A stretch of DNA of 63,830 nucleotides, the filler included, from Nemertoderma westbladi (lineage: Eukaryota > Animalia > Xenacoelomorpha), in assembly GCA_032718475.1 (NCBI GenBank). It is 3 parts of 3 records of this genome, joined end to end, with 100 filler letters (N's around TTAATTAATTAA, not from the genome) between each part and the next. Parts side by side here need not be neighbours in the genome. Positions count along the whole stretch, not along the records: positions 1 to 28,427 come from JAUCBJ010001253.1; positions 28,528 to 58,448 come from JAUCBJ010008880.1; 1 more part is not named here. One strand, written 5' to 3'. The notes below the pieces were generated by a model. The model ran no database searches, was not told the DNA's origin, and worked only from the letters and a program-made list of their open reading frames with translations. The first letter of the stretch is position 1. Each line of letters opens with the position of its first letter. Position numbers and translations under genes: made by a program. Shown piece by piece: positions 22,546-35,380 of this stretch.

Positions 22546-25500
22546 AGCATCAAAAACAGAAACAAATCACTCAGCATCAAAAACCCTTCCAAATCACTCA
22601 GCATCAAAAACAGAAACAAGTCACTCAGCATCAAAAACAGAAACAAATCACTCAGCATCAAAAACAGAAACAAATCACTCAGCATCAAAAACTGAAACAA
22701 ATCACTCAGCATCAAAAACAGAAACAAATCACTCAGCATCAAAAACAGAAACAAATCACTCAGCATCAAAAACAGAAACAAATCACTCAGCATCAAAAAC
22801 TGAAAGAAATCACTCAGCATCAAAAACTGAAACAAATCACTCAGCATCAAAAACAGAAACAAATCACTCAGCATCAAAAACAGAAACAAATCACTCAGCA
22901 TCAAAAACTGAAACAAATCACTCAGCATCAAAAACAGAAACAAATCACTCAGCATCAAAAACAGAAACAAATCACTCAGCATCAAAAACAGAAACAAATC
23001 ACTCAGCATCAAAAACAGAAACAAATCACTCAGCATCAAAAACAGAAACAAATCACTCAGCATCAAAAACAGAAACAAATCACTCAGCATCAAAAACAGA
23101 AACAAATCACTCAGCATCAAAAACAGAAACAAATCACTCAGCATCAAAAACAGAAACAAATCACTCAGCATCAAAAACAGAAACAAATCACTCAGCATCA
23201 AAAACTGAAACAAATCACTCAGCATCAAAAACAGAAACAAATCACTCAGCATCAAAAACAGAAACAAATCACTCAGCATCAAAAACCCTTCCAAATCACT
23301 CAGCATCAAAAACAGAAACAAATCACTCAGCATCAAAAACAGAAACAAATCACTCAGCATCAAAAACAGAAACAAATCACTCAGCATCAAAAACAGAAAC
23401 AAATCACTCAGCATCAAAAACAGAAACAAATCACTCAGCATCAAAAACAGAAACAAATCACTCAGCATCAAAAACAGAAACAAATCACTCAGCATCAAAA
23501 ACAGAAACAAATCACTCAGCATCAAAAACAGAAACAAATCACTCAGCATCAAAAACAGAAACAAATCACTCAGCATCAAAAACAGAAACAAATCACTCAG
23601 CATCAAAAACAGAAACAAATCACTCAGCATCAAAAACAGAAACAAATCACTCAGCATCAAAAACAGAAACAAATCACTCAGCATCAAAAACAGAAACAAA
23701 TCACTCAGCATCAAAAACAGAAACAAATCACTCAGCATCAAAAACAGAAACAAATCACTCAGCATCAAAAACAGAAACAAATCACTCAGCATCAAAAACA
23801 GAAACAAATCACTCAGCATCAAAAACAGAAACAAATCACTCAGCATCAAAAACAGAAACAAATCACTCAGCATCAAAAACAGAAACAAATCACTCAGCAT
23901 CAAAAACAGAAACAAATCACTCAGCATCAAAAACAGAAACAAATCACTCAGCATCAAAAACAGAAACAAATCACTCAGCATCAAAAACAGAAACAAATCA
24001 CTCAGCATCAAAAACAGAAACAAATCACTCAGCATCAAAAACAGAAACAAATCACTCAGCATCAAAAACAGAAACAAATCACTCAGCATCAAAAACAGAA
24101 ACAAATCACTCAGCATCAAAAACAGAAACAAATCACTCAGCATCAAAAACAGAAACAAATCACTCAGCATCAAAAACAGAAACAAATCACTCAGCATCAA
24201 AAACAGAAACAAATCACTCAGCATCAAAAACAGAAACAAATCACTCAGCATCAAAAACAGAAACAAATCACTCAGCATCAAAAACAGAAACAAATCACTC
24301 AGCATCAAAAACAGAAACAAATCACTCAGCATCAAAAACAGAAACAAATCACTCAGCATCAAAAACAGAAACAAATCACTCAGCATCAAAAACAGAAACA
24401 AATCACTCAGCATCAAAAACAGAAACAAATCACTCAGCATCAAAAACAGAAACAAATCACTCAGCATCAAAAACAGAAACAAATCACTCAGCATCAAAAA
24501 CAGAAACAAATCACTCAGCATCAAAAACAGAAACAAATCACTCAGCATCAAAAACAGAAACAAATCACTCAGCATCAAAAACAGAAACAAATCACTCAGC
24601 ATCAAAAACAGAAACAAATCACTCAGCATCAAAAACAGAAACAAATCACTCAGCATCAAAAACAGAAACAAATCACTCAGCATCAAAAACAGAAACAAAT
24701 CACTCAGCATCAAAAACAGAAACAAATCACTCAGCATCAAAAACAGAAACAAATCACTCAGCATCAAAAACAGAAACAAATCACTCAGCATCAAAAACAG
24801 AAACAAATCACTCAGCATCAAAAACAGAAACAAATCACTCAGCATCAAAAACAGAAACAAATCACTCAGCATCAAAAACAGAAACAAATCACTCAGCATC
24901 AAAAACAGAAACAAATCACTCAGCATCAAAAACAGAAACAAATCACTCAGCATCAAAAACAGAAACAAATCACTCAGCATCAAAAACAGAAACAAATCAC
25001 TCAGCATCAAAAACAGAAACAAATCACTCAGCATCAAAAACAGAAACAAATCACTCAGCATCAAAAACAGAAACAAATCACTCAGCATCAAAAACAGAAA
25101 CAAATCACTCAGCATCAAAAACAGAAACAAATCACTCAGCATCAAAAACAGAAACAAATCACTCAGCATCAAAAACAGAAACAAATCACTCAGCATCAAA
25201 AACAGAAACAAATCACTCAGCATCAAAAACAGAAACAAATCACTCAGCATCAAAAACAGAAACAAATCACTCAGCATCAAAAACAGAAACAAATCACTCA
25301 GCATCAAAAACAGAAACAAATCACTCAGCATCAAAAACAGAAACAAATCACTCAGCATCAAAAACAGAAACAAATCACTCAGCATCAAAAACAGAAACAA
25401 ATCACTCAGCATCAAAAACAGAAACAAATCACTCAGCATCAAAAACAGAAACAAATCACTCAGCATCAAAAACAGAAACAAATCACTCAGCATCAAAAAC

Positions 25501-26568
25501 AGAAACAAATCACTCAGCATCAAAAACAGAAACAAATCACTCAGCATCAAAAACAGAAACAAATCACTCAGCATCAAAAACAGAAACAAATCACTCAGCA
25601 TCAAAAACAGAAACAAATCACTCAGCATCAAAAACAGAAACAAATCACTCAGCATCAAAAACAGAAACAAATCACTCAGCATCAAAAACAGAAACAAATC
25701 ACTCAGCATCAAAAACAGAAACAAATCACTCAGCATCAAAAACAGAAACAAATCACTCAGCATCAAAAACAGAAACAAATCACTCAGCATCAAAAACAGA
25801 AACAAATCACTCAGCATCAAAAACAGAAACAAATCACTCAGCATCAAAAACAGAAACAAATCACTCAGCATCAAAAACAGAAACAAATCACTCAGCATCA
25901 AAAACAGAAACAAATCACTCAGCATCAAAAACAGAAACAAATCACTCAGCATCAAAAACAGAAACAAATCACTCAGCATCAAAAACAGAAACAAATCACT
26001 CAGCATCAAAAACAGAAACAAATCACTCAGCATCAAAAACAGAAACAAATCACTCAGCATCAAAAACAGAAACAAATCACTCAGCATCAAAAACAGAAAC
26101 AAATCACTCAGCATCAAAAACAGAAACAAATCACTCAGCATCAAAAACAGAAACAAATCACTCAGCATCAAAAACAGAAACAAATCACTCAGCATCAAAA
26201 ACAGAAACAAATCACTCAGCATCAAAAACAGAAACAAATCACTCAGCATCAAAAACAGAAACAAATCACTCAGCATCAAAAACAGAAACAAATCACTCAG
26301 CATCAAAAACAGAAACAAATCACTCAGCATCAAAAACAGAAACAAATCACTCAGCATCAAAAACAGAAACAAATCACTCAGCATCAAAAACAGAAACAAA
26401 TCACTCAGCATCAAAAACAGAAACAAATCACTCAGCATCAAAAACAGAAACAAATCACTCAGCATCAAAAACAGAAACAAATCACTCAGCATCAAAAACA
26501 GAAACAAATCACTCAGCATCAAAAACAGAAACAAATCACTCAGCATCAAAAACAGAAACAAATCACTC
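22546..26568. repeat. 27-bp satellite agcatcaaaaacagaaacaaatcactc x149
   Basis: 4023 bp / 27; variant units occur only in the first ~750 bp. Confidence 0.98.
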
Positions 26569-28427
26569 AAAAAACACTGTGTTATTTAATTTAGGGGGTG
26601 AGAGGGGTACACCATTTTGGTCCAAAATATTGTGAAATTATTTTTATGATGCACGATTGGTTTCTAAATCTGAAAATCTTTAATACTGTAGCTCTCTTAG
26701 TTTTCAAGTTATAACAATTTCCATTTAGGGAGACCTATTGAAATTACTATTAATATGTATAATGAAAGGTCGATTATCTAAATCATTTTTTTTCTGAAAT
26801 TGTCAACTTCAAAACCTTACAACTGCTACAATTTTTGAGCAATTAGATTGAAAATGTCTGTGAGAGTCTAGATAGCCACCCTGCATTAAAATTTCAGACA
26901 ACCTTTAGTAATTTTTAGTTAATTAAATTTAATACTATTTATAACAAACCTAAAAAATTAGCCGCCAACTAGCGGTTCAGAATGATTTTCACAACATTTC
27001 GTCTGATAGATTTGTTTCCCCATCTTTGTTCTATCATATAAAAGAACTTTTATGTGATCAGATTCAAAACTGAAAAAGCCTTAGGGTTTTAAGCGCAACC
27101 AAGTTTTTTTTCATTGCTAACCAGTATTAACTATTATTAAATAGCGAAAAATAAAATTGTTCTCATTTCTCATGTAGAATAGCATCTTAAAAGGTACCTA
27201 TATTCCATATTATAGCCAAATCCAAATCAGTGAGAACTGGTGACCTCCAGATGGAAGTCTTTAGCAAACTGAAACTGATAGGGGGGGGGGGGGGGGTCTA
27301 ATTTTGCTAATTAGTTGTCGTAGTCGTTGCGATTTTGATATGCTAACTTTGTTGGATTTAAAGCTGCCGTGTTGAGAATTTGTAGACATCGATAAGATCA
27401 AAAGTTCAGATTTTTTACAGACTTTTAGACACCATCAACTCAACAGTCTCCCGCTAGAGGGCTACATGTGTAAACTTTCACTTTCCACCCATTTATTTGC
27501 TTTCAATCCGTTCAAGCTGAAACTCGACAGATTTGTAATAGACCAATAGCTGTGTCATTCAAAGGAAGCTCATCCTTAGGCAGTTCTCTGGCCTGCCGAT
27601 AGAGGGCGAACTACACTAAGTTATTAGGTTATTATTAATTTGCTGTATATTGTAATTACGTTTTATAAATTGTACTGTAACTTACATAGCTACATATTTA
27701 TCGTTGAGTCGGAGTATTGTCTCGCTCTCGGTAAAGTTGTACGTATAGTGTAATTACTTTTTATATTAATTTTAGGTAAACGTAGTAATTGTGATTGTGT
27801 AATATTGTATTTGTAACCAAAGTAACATAAAGGACCCCCTTGGAAATAAGCTGCAAAGCTTTAGGGGTAATCCTATATGTTATGTTGGACAATACCTTTA
27901 TACCGGTACATTGTTTGGTGTATTTGTTATTGTTTTTACTATATGTATAAATAAATCTATCTATCTACGTTCAGCGTATTTTTGACGAAGGTGGATTCAT
28001 TTGCAGTTCTCCAGACTGACGCTAGATAACGAAATGTCTGAAAGTGAAAACATTCTCCCATTTCCGTGATTTTAATTTCTTTTTAGCTCCATCTTGGCAT
28101 ATATTGTGTTTGTGTACTAGAAAACTCGCTGTTTCTTTGTGGGACGGTGACGGTACTCCATTATCCACTTATACAGTAACAATAACCAGGAAGAAAGGAT
28201 TATAAACTATAATAGGAAATGGCTCAAGGTTTTCAGTTCAGACATTTATAAAATGATTAAAAATTAAATTAATATTAATTAATTATAATAATTTAAATAA
28301 TATAGTTATAAAATTATAAAATTAAAAAAAATTAAATTCATACCACTAGCGGTAGTCTGGAGAACTGCCTAGAAATTCCTGCCCCCAAAAAGACGCACCT
28401 TATATGGTATACGTGTATCTGCGTGTA

Positions 28428-28527
28428 NNNNNNNNNNNNNNNNNNNNNNNNNNNNNNNNNNNNNNNNNNNNTTAATTAATTAANNNNNNNNNNNNNNNNN
28501 NNNNNNNNNNNNNNNNNNNNNNNNNNN
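28428..28527. other. Artificial contig-joining spacer (N..TTAATTAATTAA..N)
   Basis: 100-bp N run with a six-frame stop linker; same design at 58449-58548. Confidence 0.95.
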
Positions 28528-28532
28528 AATTT

Positions 28533-28990
28533 TGTTGACAAGCCGGCACAGCATTCTTAAAAATGCAGCTGCAATGCAGCATGCCGATCCTAGTAGTAGT
28601 AGTAGTAGTGGTTTAGCCGAGACACGAGGATCTGAAATTTGCATTCCTAATACTCTGCTTACCAATAATACTTGAATATAGTAGGAGCTTTATTGTACTT
28701 TAATAAGTACGGACATTTCATCTTACTGTAGTTACGTATTTGTAATGTAATACGGACAGTAAGGAAAGAGAAAAAGAATTATTTCTCGCCGTCGCTCTAA
28801 ATATATAATATATAAGTAATTAAGTAATGAACACTAATATATATTGCACTAATCTACTAAATAATCGCTAAAATAACATTCTACTAAATAAAATTAAAGA
28901 AAACGATTATAATAAAATTACATAATAATACATACATAAATATAAAATAATAAAAACAAATATAAAATAATATAGTCACACACCCACTCC
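28533..28990 (-). mobile_element. Candidate 3' LTR (28533-28980) and polypurine tract of the BEL/Pao element
   Basis: Minus strand: ggagtgggtg followed by TGTGAC...GTCAACA (imperfect inverted TG..CA termini) with an internal AATAAA; no matching 5' LTR found. Confidence 0.45.
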
Positions 28991-29030
28991 GTATGTTGTT
29001 ACGTTATGGAGTCCCTAGATATTTGTTGGA

Positions 29031-32000
29031 TTAGGGAGGTGGTCGTGGAAAAAACTGTTCTTTCGGTAATCTTTCCATGAGAGTTCTACGGGAAGGGCCA
29101 GTAAAGTACCAACCCACTCTAGTTCTTCCCGCATAAGCTTGTAGTGGTTGCGGTTGAGCAGGCCGTTTCTCCAATGTCTCGAGCGCTTCATGCGCATTTT
29201 GACCGATGAGTATTTGGACTCCAGGGTAATCGGTGTTGAATCTAGGTATTTCAAGCTGCTGGGTGAAATCGTCCTCATCCCAGTTATAAGGTTCCACTTG
29301 GCTGGTCGCGAAGTTCTTTATCGCTACCATTTTTACTGACCTTATGCTGTGTTCTCCTAGTTCATCCTGGGGGGTGGACAACGCACCTACATAATAATCC
29401 GCTATTACGGTAGATTTCCAAACCTGCATAATTCCTGACATATTTAGCTTAGTTCGGAACTTGGGTTGTCCAGCAAAGATGTCTTCGGCTAGTTCTTTGT
29501 CGATGAATGTTCCTGTGCTACCGGAGTCAAGGAGGGCGTTCACTATATAACTCCTTTTAGGTCCGTGGACCCTTAACTGTACTACAGGAAATTCTCGGAT
29601 TCCTACATTGGAAGTTGGCGCTTTCCAAGATGGTTGTCGATCAGAAGTAGTTAGGGGGAGCTCACTGTCGGTTTCCTTCTCATACGTAAGTGCTCGATAC
29701 ATTGCGGTATTTATTAAGTAACAGGATTCGTTTTCGTCTGAGAATTCGTCCGTATAGAATCCTTCCATCTCAGAACTTTGGTCAGTGTCGTTCACATCAC
29801 TGAATTGGACATGTAGTTCGGACTCACTTACCTGACTCGGGCTGTTTCTTTCGAATTCGGTGTGCAACAAAATATGATGTTTCGCGCCGCACTTCGCACA
29901 CCTTGCGTCGGAGTTACAGGTTCGCCGTTGGTGTCCTCGCGTTGGTGTCGTGATAACACAACCGCTTATCCCACATGACTTCACGTCTATCCTTTAATGA
30001 TTTCTTTAGGAATTCATTACACACATTTAAACGGTGGGGCCCGTCGCACAACACACATTTGGGCTTGATGTTACTTACTTTAACATGTGCTGTGTGGTGC
30101 ACGCTCGTTCTTTCCTCGGGCTTTCTTCCGTGAATTCTTTTAGGAGACGTGGGAGGAGTTTTTCTTACCTGTTCTCTCCTGTCATTGGTTCGAGACTTGA
30201 ATTTACTTACGTCCTTAGGCGTTGTGTTGTCATAGTATGATCTTTCAGTGTCTTTCCCGCTGTCTTCCTCTCGAGAAGCCTGGCTTTCGCCATCGTCTGT
30301 ATAACACACTGGTATTACCTTTCTCCTAGAAACGGGTTTCTCACTTACCTTATTTTCCGGTGTCTTCTCTCTGGACTGCTTTAGGAGCTGTAGTTTTACC
30401 TCGCTATCCAAGAATGACATGAGATCAGCCATGGTAGGGTCTCGTCGTTGTTGCTCCATCATATATAATACTTTCTTGTCCCAGCGTGTACCTACTCCGC
30501 CCTTGGGCAAATTAGATGCTAAGGCTCCTACAACCATAGAATTCTGGTATTCATGAGACTTACCTAACCAATCTAGTTGTCTACAGATCTCCTGAATCTC
30601 GTCGGAAAACTCTATAATCTCGCTGCTAAGAAACTTTCGGGGCGCCATTAATTTCGCATATAAATACCTAGCTATGTTAGTCCTATTACCATACCTGATG
30701 TTCAGTGTATCCCAAACTTGTCTTAATCCATCTGGATGTCCAATAAACTTTAACACCATTAACTTGGGAGATCCTTCCAAGCACTCGATGAGGAATCTAA
30801 GTTTCTCTCCATTAGATAGTACAGAGTTCTGTATGTTATCTTTGTAATATTCATTAAAAGGTAACCATTTCATCTCATCTCCATTGAACTTGACGATCTC
30901 TCCCACCTTTACCGCTTGACGGGCTTCGGTTCTAGCCATTTGACGCGTAAAACTTTCTTGGGCCATCATATTATTTAATATCGAGTTATCGGTATATAAA
31001 TTTCTCGGATTATTATCAGGTCTATAGGGAATATCATTATCAACAGGTCTATAATTACCCTTAATAGGGTTCACTATAGGAGTTTCTACTTCGCTAGCAG
31101 TATAGATGCGTGTAGGCTCCACACCTTGCGCATGAAATACTTCAGACCTAACAGGTTGACACATTGTTACCGGGGTTGGTGGTATACCCTTTTGTGTATT
31201 TACTAATTTATCGCGTTCTAACGCGATACTTTGCTGCACTTCTTGCAACTCTAACCTACTCTCTCTAATTGTTCCCTTTAACTGCTGCACAGTTCCCTCC
31301 ATCTCCTGGGCCTGCTGAGAGGAGCGAGAATGTTGTTCCCTCAGCTGTCCGAGCAGGAGACCCATCTCCCGTCGTCCCTCATCTACCCACTCGACCGCCA
31401 AAGCGGGAGGCGCCAACGTTGTAGCGGGCGGACGAGGGACAAAAGGTGACAAGTCATGAATATTTCGCTCGGAGTCCAGGACATGAACAATTTCAGGGGT
31501 GGTTCTGTGGGGCACAGGTAGCTTCGTGCTGTGCAGAGGGAATTTAGAGGTAGGTTCAGGGAGTACAGGTGTCTCTATCACCGAAGGGGTGGCTTCGAGA
31601 ACAGGCCTAATTATTTCAGGCTCATCTACTATAGTAGGGAGTCTTTCTATGTTAATTATTTGGTCTGTGGGTTCTATACTACCTAAGTTTGTGTTATTTA
31701 GTTGCCTTCTAACAGCTGGGGGCAAATCAGGCAATTTCTGACGGTGGGACATTCTTCTACGTCTGCTTAGACGAGATCTATTTCCTCTGCCTTCAGGATC
31801 GGTGGTATCGCCTTCCTCAGATGATGTATATCCCTGTCTTTTGGGAGTTGATCAACCCATCATCTGCATTTGACTAGCTGTTAACTGTTTATTTATGCAG
31901 TCTTGATTCTCTTGAATATTTTCCAACTCCAGTTGGGTGGTCTCTTCAGATGCTCTTCTTTCAGCTTCTGCCACTGCCTCTGCCGCTGCCACTACCGCCT

Positions 32001-33366
32001 TTCTTTCCGCTTCGGCCGCTGCCACTGCCGCCTTTCTTTCCACTTCGGCCGCTGCCACTGCCGCCTTTCTTTCCACTTCTACCGCCTTTCTTTCCGCTTC
32101 TACCTCTGCCGCTGCTGCTGCCGCTGCCGCTTTTCTTTTCGCTTCTGCCGCTACTACTGCTGCTGCCACTGCCGCTGTCTTTCTGTCTTCTATACGTTTT
32201 TTCTTTACTTGTTCTTCTTGGACCCTAGTGATGCGGAGGCGTTCATCAAATGTAGCTTGGTTCGCAGCTATCCTATCCGCATCTATTGCGTCCAACACAA
32301 GCTTGGCTCCTTCACTATTAGGGCTAAGTCCATCTAGCCTTCTCCTCAACTCTTCATCTCCTACAAAACGTTGATAGTCCGACAGATAGATGTCAATGGC
32401 ATCCCTCTTATGCGGTTTCTCTGCCGTCACTTCACTTTCCACTTGGGAAAATGTAGCGTCTGTTGATTCTCCATGGGTTGAGCGCTCATCCAGCTGAGCT
32501 TTCCACTGAGCCGTTCCTTGAACCTGGAGACTCACCCATTGAAACCAAGTCTTTACGGCAACTTGCAACGACGTGTCTTGTCTTCTTTTAGAAGCCTCCT
32601 CAAAGGCCGATAAGATTAGCCTGATTCGTAGAATTCTTTCTCTAACTTGATAAAGCAGCTGTCCCTGCTCTTGAGGTCCTTGGGGTTGTTGAAACAGTTG
32701 TTCTTTTAATCGCTCCATAGAGCTGAAGAATCCCTGTACGTATCCTGCTGCTGACCTCTTCCACACAGCTGGATCGATGGTTTCTTTTGTTACTCCCATC
32801 CTGTGTATGTCTTCCCAGGCAGCTTCCGATAAGTCAAACGGGAGTCCGGGTCCGGGGAAGTTCCATTGCGACTCGACAATAGACTTCAGTTCTTCCCTTG
32901 TGTATCCCGCATAACTATCCTTGGTCGATCGCTTACTTCTCGCCCAATCAATCTGGTGTTCTTCCACCGCGATCAATACTCTAGTGAGTACGGCTGCAGG
33001 AAGGATGAGAAGGGGATCCGAATAAACCGCATCCGTCATCTTTGCTCCGCGCTCGGGTGTCAGCTCTACAGTATCCTCACTACTGGAGCTGTCGGGCCGT
33101 TGAGAAATAAGTTCTCGGCTCGCGGGTGGTTGCTGTTCCGCTACTTCTTGGTCCCGCTTGACCTGAGCTCTAGTGCCTATGACAGACCTACGATGTTGGA
33201 CTAGCCTAGGGTCTGATATTACTACGGGAGGGATGATCTTTCTTACAGTAGGAGGTGAGTTGAACTTCGGTCCTACACGTTCCACACTCCTGTCTGGGTC
33301 ACAGATGGTTGTATCTAAGAGACTGTCTGACAGGTTTTGCTTTGTGTCAGACATATTTGTTTGCAC
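29031..33366 (-). mobile_element. BEL/Pao LTR-retrotransposon gag-protease region, decayed (one in-frame TGA at 31852-31854, one frameshift at ~29945-29955), no RT/RNaseH/IN
   Basis: DUF1759-type gag (IVKFNGDEMKWLPF..LSNGEKLRFLIECLEG); BEL triple Cys-His knuckle (CVLCDGPHRLNVC; LCY..GHQRRTC; CAKCGAKHHILLH); aspartic protease ALLDSGSTGTFI..QILIG..RTRVGW. Confidence 0.9.
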
Positions 33367-33479
33367 AGTTGAATGCCTACTGCTATATTACAGTTAAAGC
33401 AAATCTAGTAATTCAGTATCACGGTTAGCCTAGTAATTAATTACCGATACTGCTACTCAGTGTAGCGTGATATATATAT

Positions 33480-33865
33480 AATATATTAGAATACCGGTAT
33501 GCTTATAGTATATATATAAGTATTATTACAGACTAGGTTTGTCACAGAATACCGGTATATAATTCCAGCACAAATATATACATATATAATAGGCCTATCG
33601 TGGATACCGGTATGCAGTTTACACTTATAGTATATATAAGTATAATTATTAACTAGAATTAATTACAGAATACCGGTATAATTTCAGCCTAAATTTATAA
33701 ATATATAATAGGCCTATCGTGAATACCGGTATACAGCTTACACTTATAATGTATATATATAAGTATAATTACAGACTAGAATTAATTACAGAATACCGGT
33801 ATAATTTCAGCCTAAAATTTATAGAAATAAATATAATAAACCTATGGTAAATACCGGTATGTCAA
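33480..33865. repeat. ~120-bp tandem repeat (3 copies, each with two ataccggtat cores) upstream of the BEL ORF
   Basis: Repeated ttacagaataccggtata..taggcctatcgt..ataccggtat..tacacttata. Confidence 0.85.
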
Positions 33866-34806
33866 TTATTTTAAATAATTGAATTTCTGAATTTTTAGGG
33901 GTTACTTGGTTACTTTACTTACTTTATTACCATTATTTGAGCAGTAGTCCAACTGATATTTAGACCTAATTGATGTATGGCAGGCCTACTATTTATAAAT
34001 CGTTTGAGTTGATTTATAATATATATACCCGTTAAAATGGGTTTTGTCAATATTTGAAATAAATGTTATTATTTCTGGGGGGAGTCACTACACAGAAGCT
34101 GTGCGCTCTCAGTGAAGTGCTACTTGTGGGACACTAAAACAAATAATTCTAATTTACCTAAGTTACTTAATACTACAAATTACGTACAATTCGGGTGAGA
34201 TTACAATCTCTAAATAAACACAAAAATTACAAGTACGAATTTTTAGGGTAATTTTACAAGAAGTCTACAAACCAGCCTAACAAAGGGTTAGAATATCTGG
34301 TTATTACAAAGGACAGGGTACTACGGTATTTGAAAATAATAAGTAGTAGTAAATATACTGCGTTGTCCAGATAGGAAAATACCACCGTCTGACGACTTAT
34401 AGCCGTATCGCTATAAGTACTACGTTATGTATCACGGAGTGTTCCTACCTAGAAGTTAATTACCGCGGTCTACCAGAACCAACGTGCCTATTAACCACTT
34501 TACAACACAAATATACTGCCCACACACTAATCACCTTCGGAAAGTACTGTACACTAAACCCTAAATTAGGTACAAGTACTTATACAACAAATAATCAGTA
34601 GTTAAAAATACTTGAACAGCTAAAAGAACCACGGTATCTGCTGGAGTGACCGGGGCACAAAATCACCAGTCTTTACCTACGCCAAGCAGCCCTGATGTAG
34701 TACCGGGGTTAGTTTAACTATAACGGTATATATAACAAGCACAATTACTGTAGGAATAAACTTGGGGATATGAATGTTGCGAATAATCGCATAAACTCTT
34801 AATAAT

Positions 34807-35380
34807 AAATATTACGCTACGCGTACAGACTACTCAAACAAAATGCAGACCAAACACTGACAGACTACTATCAAGCCTAAACAAACTACGGTATATGCAG
34901 ACTCCGAAATGGTTAGTTAGTATGCGTTCTAACCCAGTAGTACGACTTATTCTTTCGAGGGGGTTTACCTCACAGCTCTGGAAGCCCCTACGTTCCCAAC
35001 TGGCACTTTATCGGACATACACTCTACACACACCGAAATCTCTTCAGACCTAACAACAGCCAGGAAAATCCAGCCTACAAATTGTCTAAATAAGAAATAT
35101 TACGCTACCCGTACAAACTACACAAACAAAGTACAGACCAAACGCTGGCAGACTACTATCAAGCCTAAATAAACTACAGTATATGCAGACTCCGAAATGG
35201 TTAGTTAGTATGCGTTCTAACCGAGTAGTACGACTTATTCTTTCGAGGGGGTTCACCTCACAGCACTGGCAGCCCCTACTTTCCTAACTAGTACTTTTTC
35301 GGACATACGCTCTACACACACTACAGTCCCTTCAGACTTAACAACAGTCAGACAACAGTCCAGCCTACAAATTGTCTATA
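34807..35380. repeat. ~290-bp tandem duplication
   Basis: aaatattacgctac..atgcagactccgaaatggttagttagtatgcgttctaac..gtacgacttattctttcgaggggg occurs twice. Confidence 0.9.

Noticed and set aside
22527-26635. 1347-aa and 1365-aa ORFs on both strands
   Set aside because: By-products of a stop-free 27-bp satellite; no ATG-led unique sequence or domain
29940-29990. Programmed gag-pol ribosomal frameshift
   Set aside because: The shift falls inside and damages the second zinc knuckle, there is no slippery heptamer, and BEL/Pao elements normally have a single ORF
31903-32374. Plus-strand Cys/Ala/Pro-rich ORFs
   Set aside because: Antisense shadows of the Ala/Glu repeat in gag
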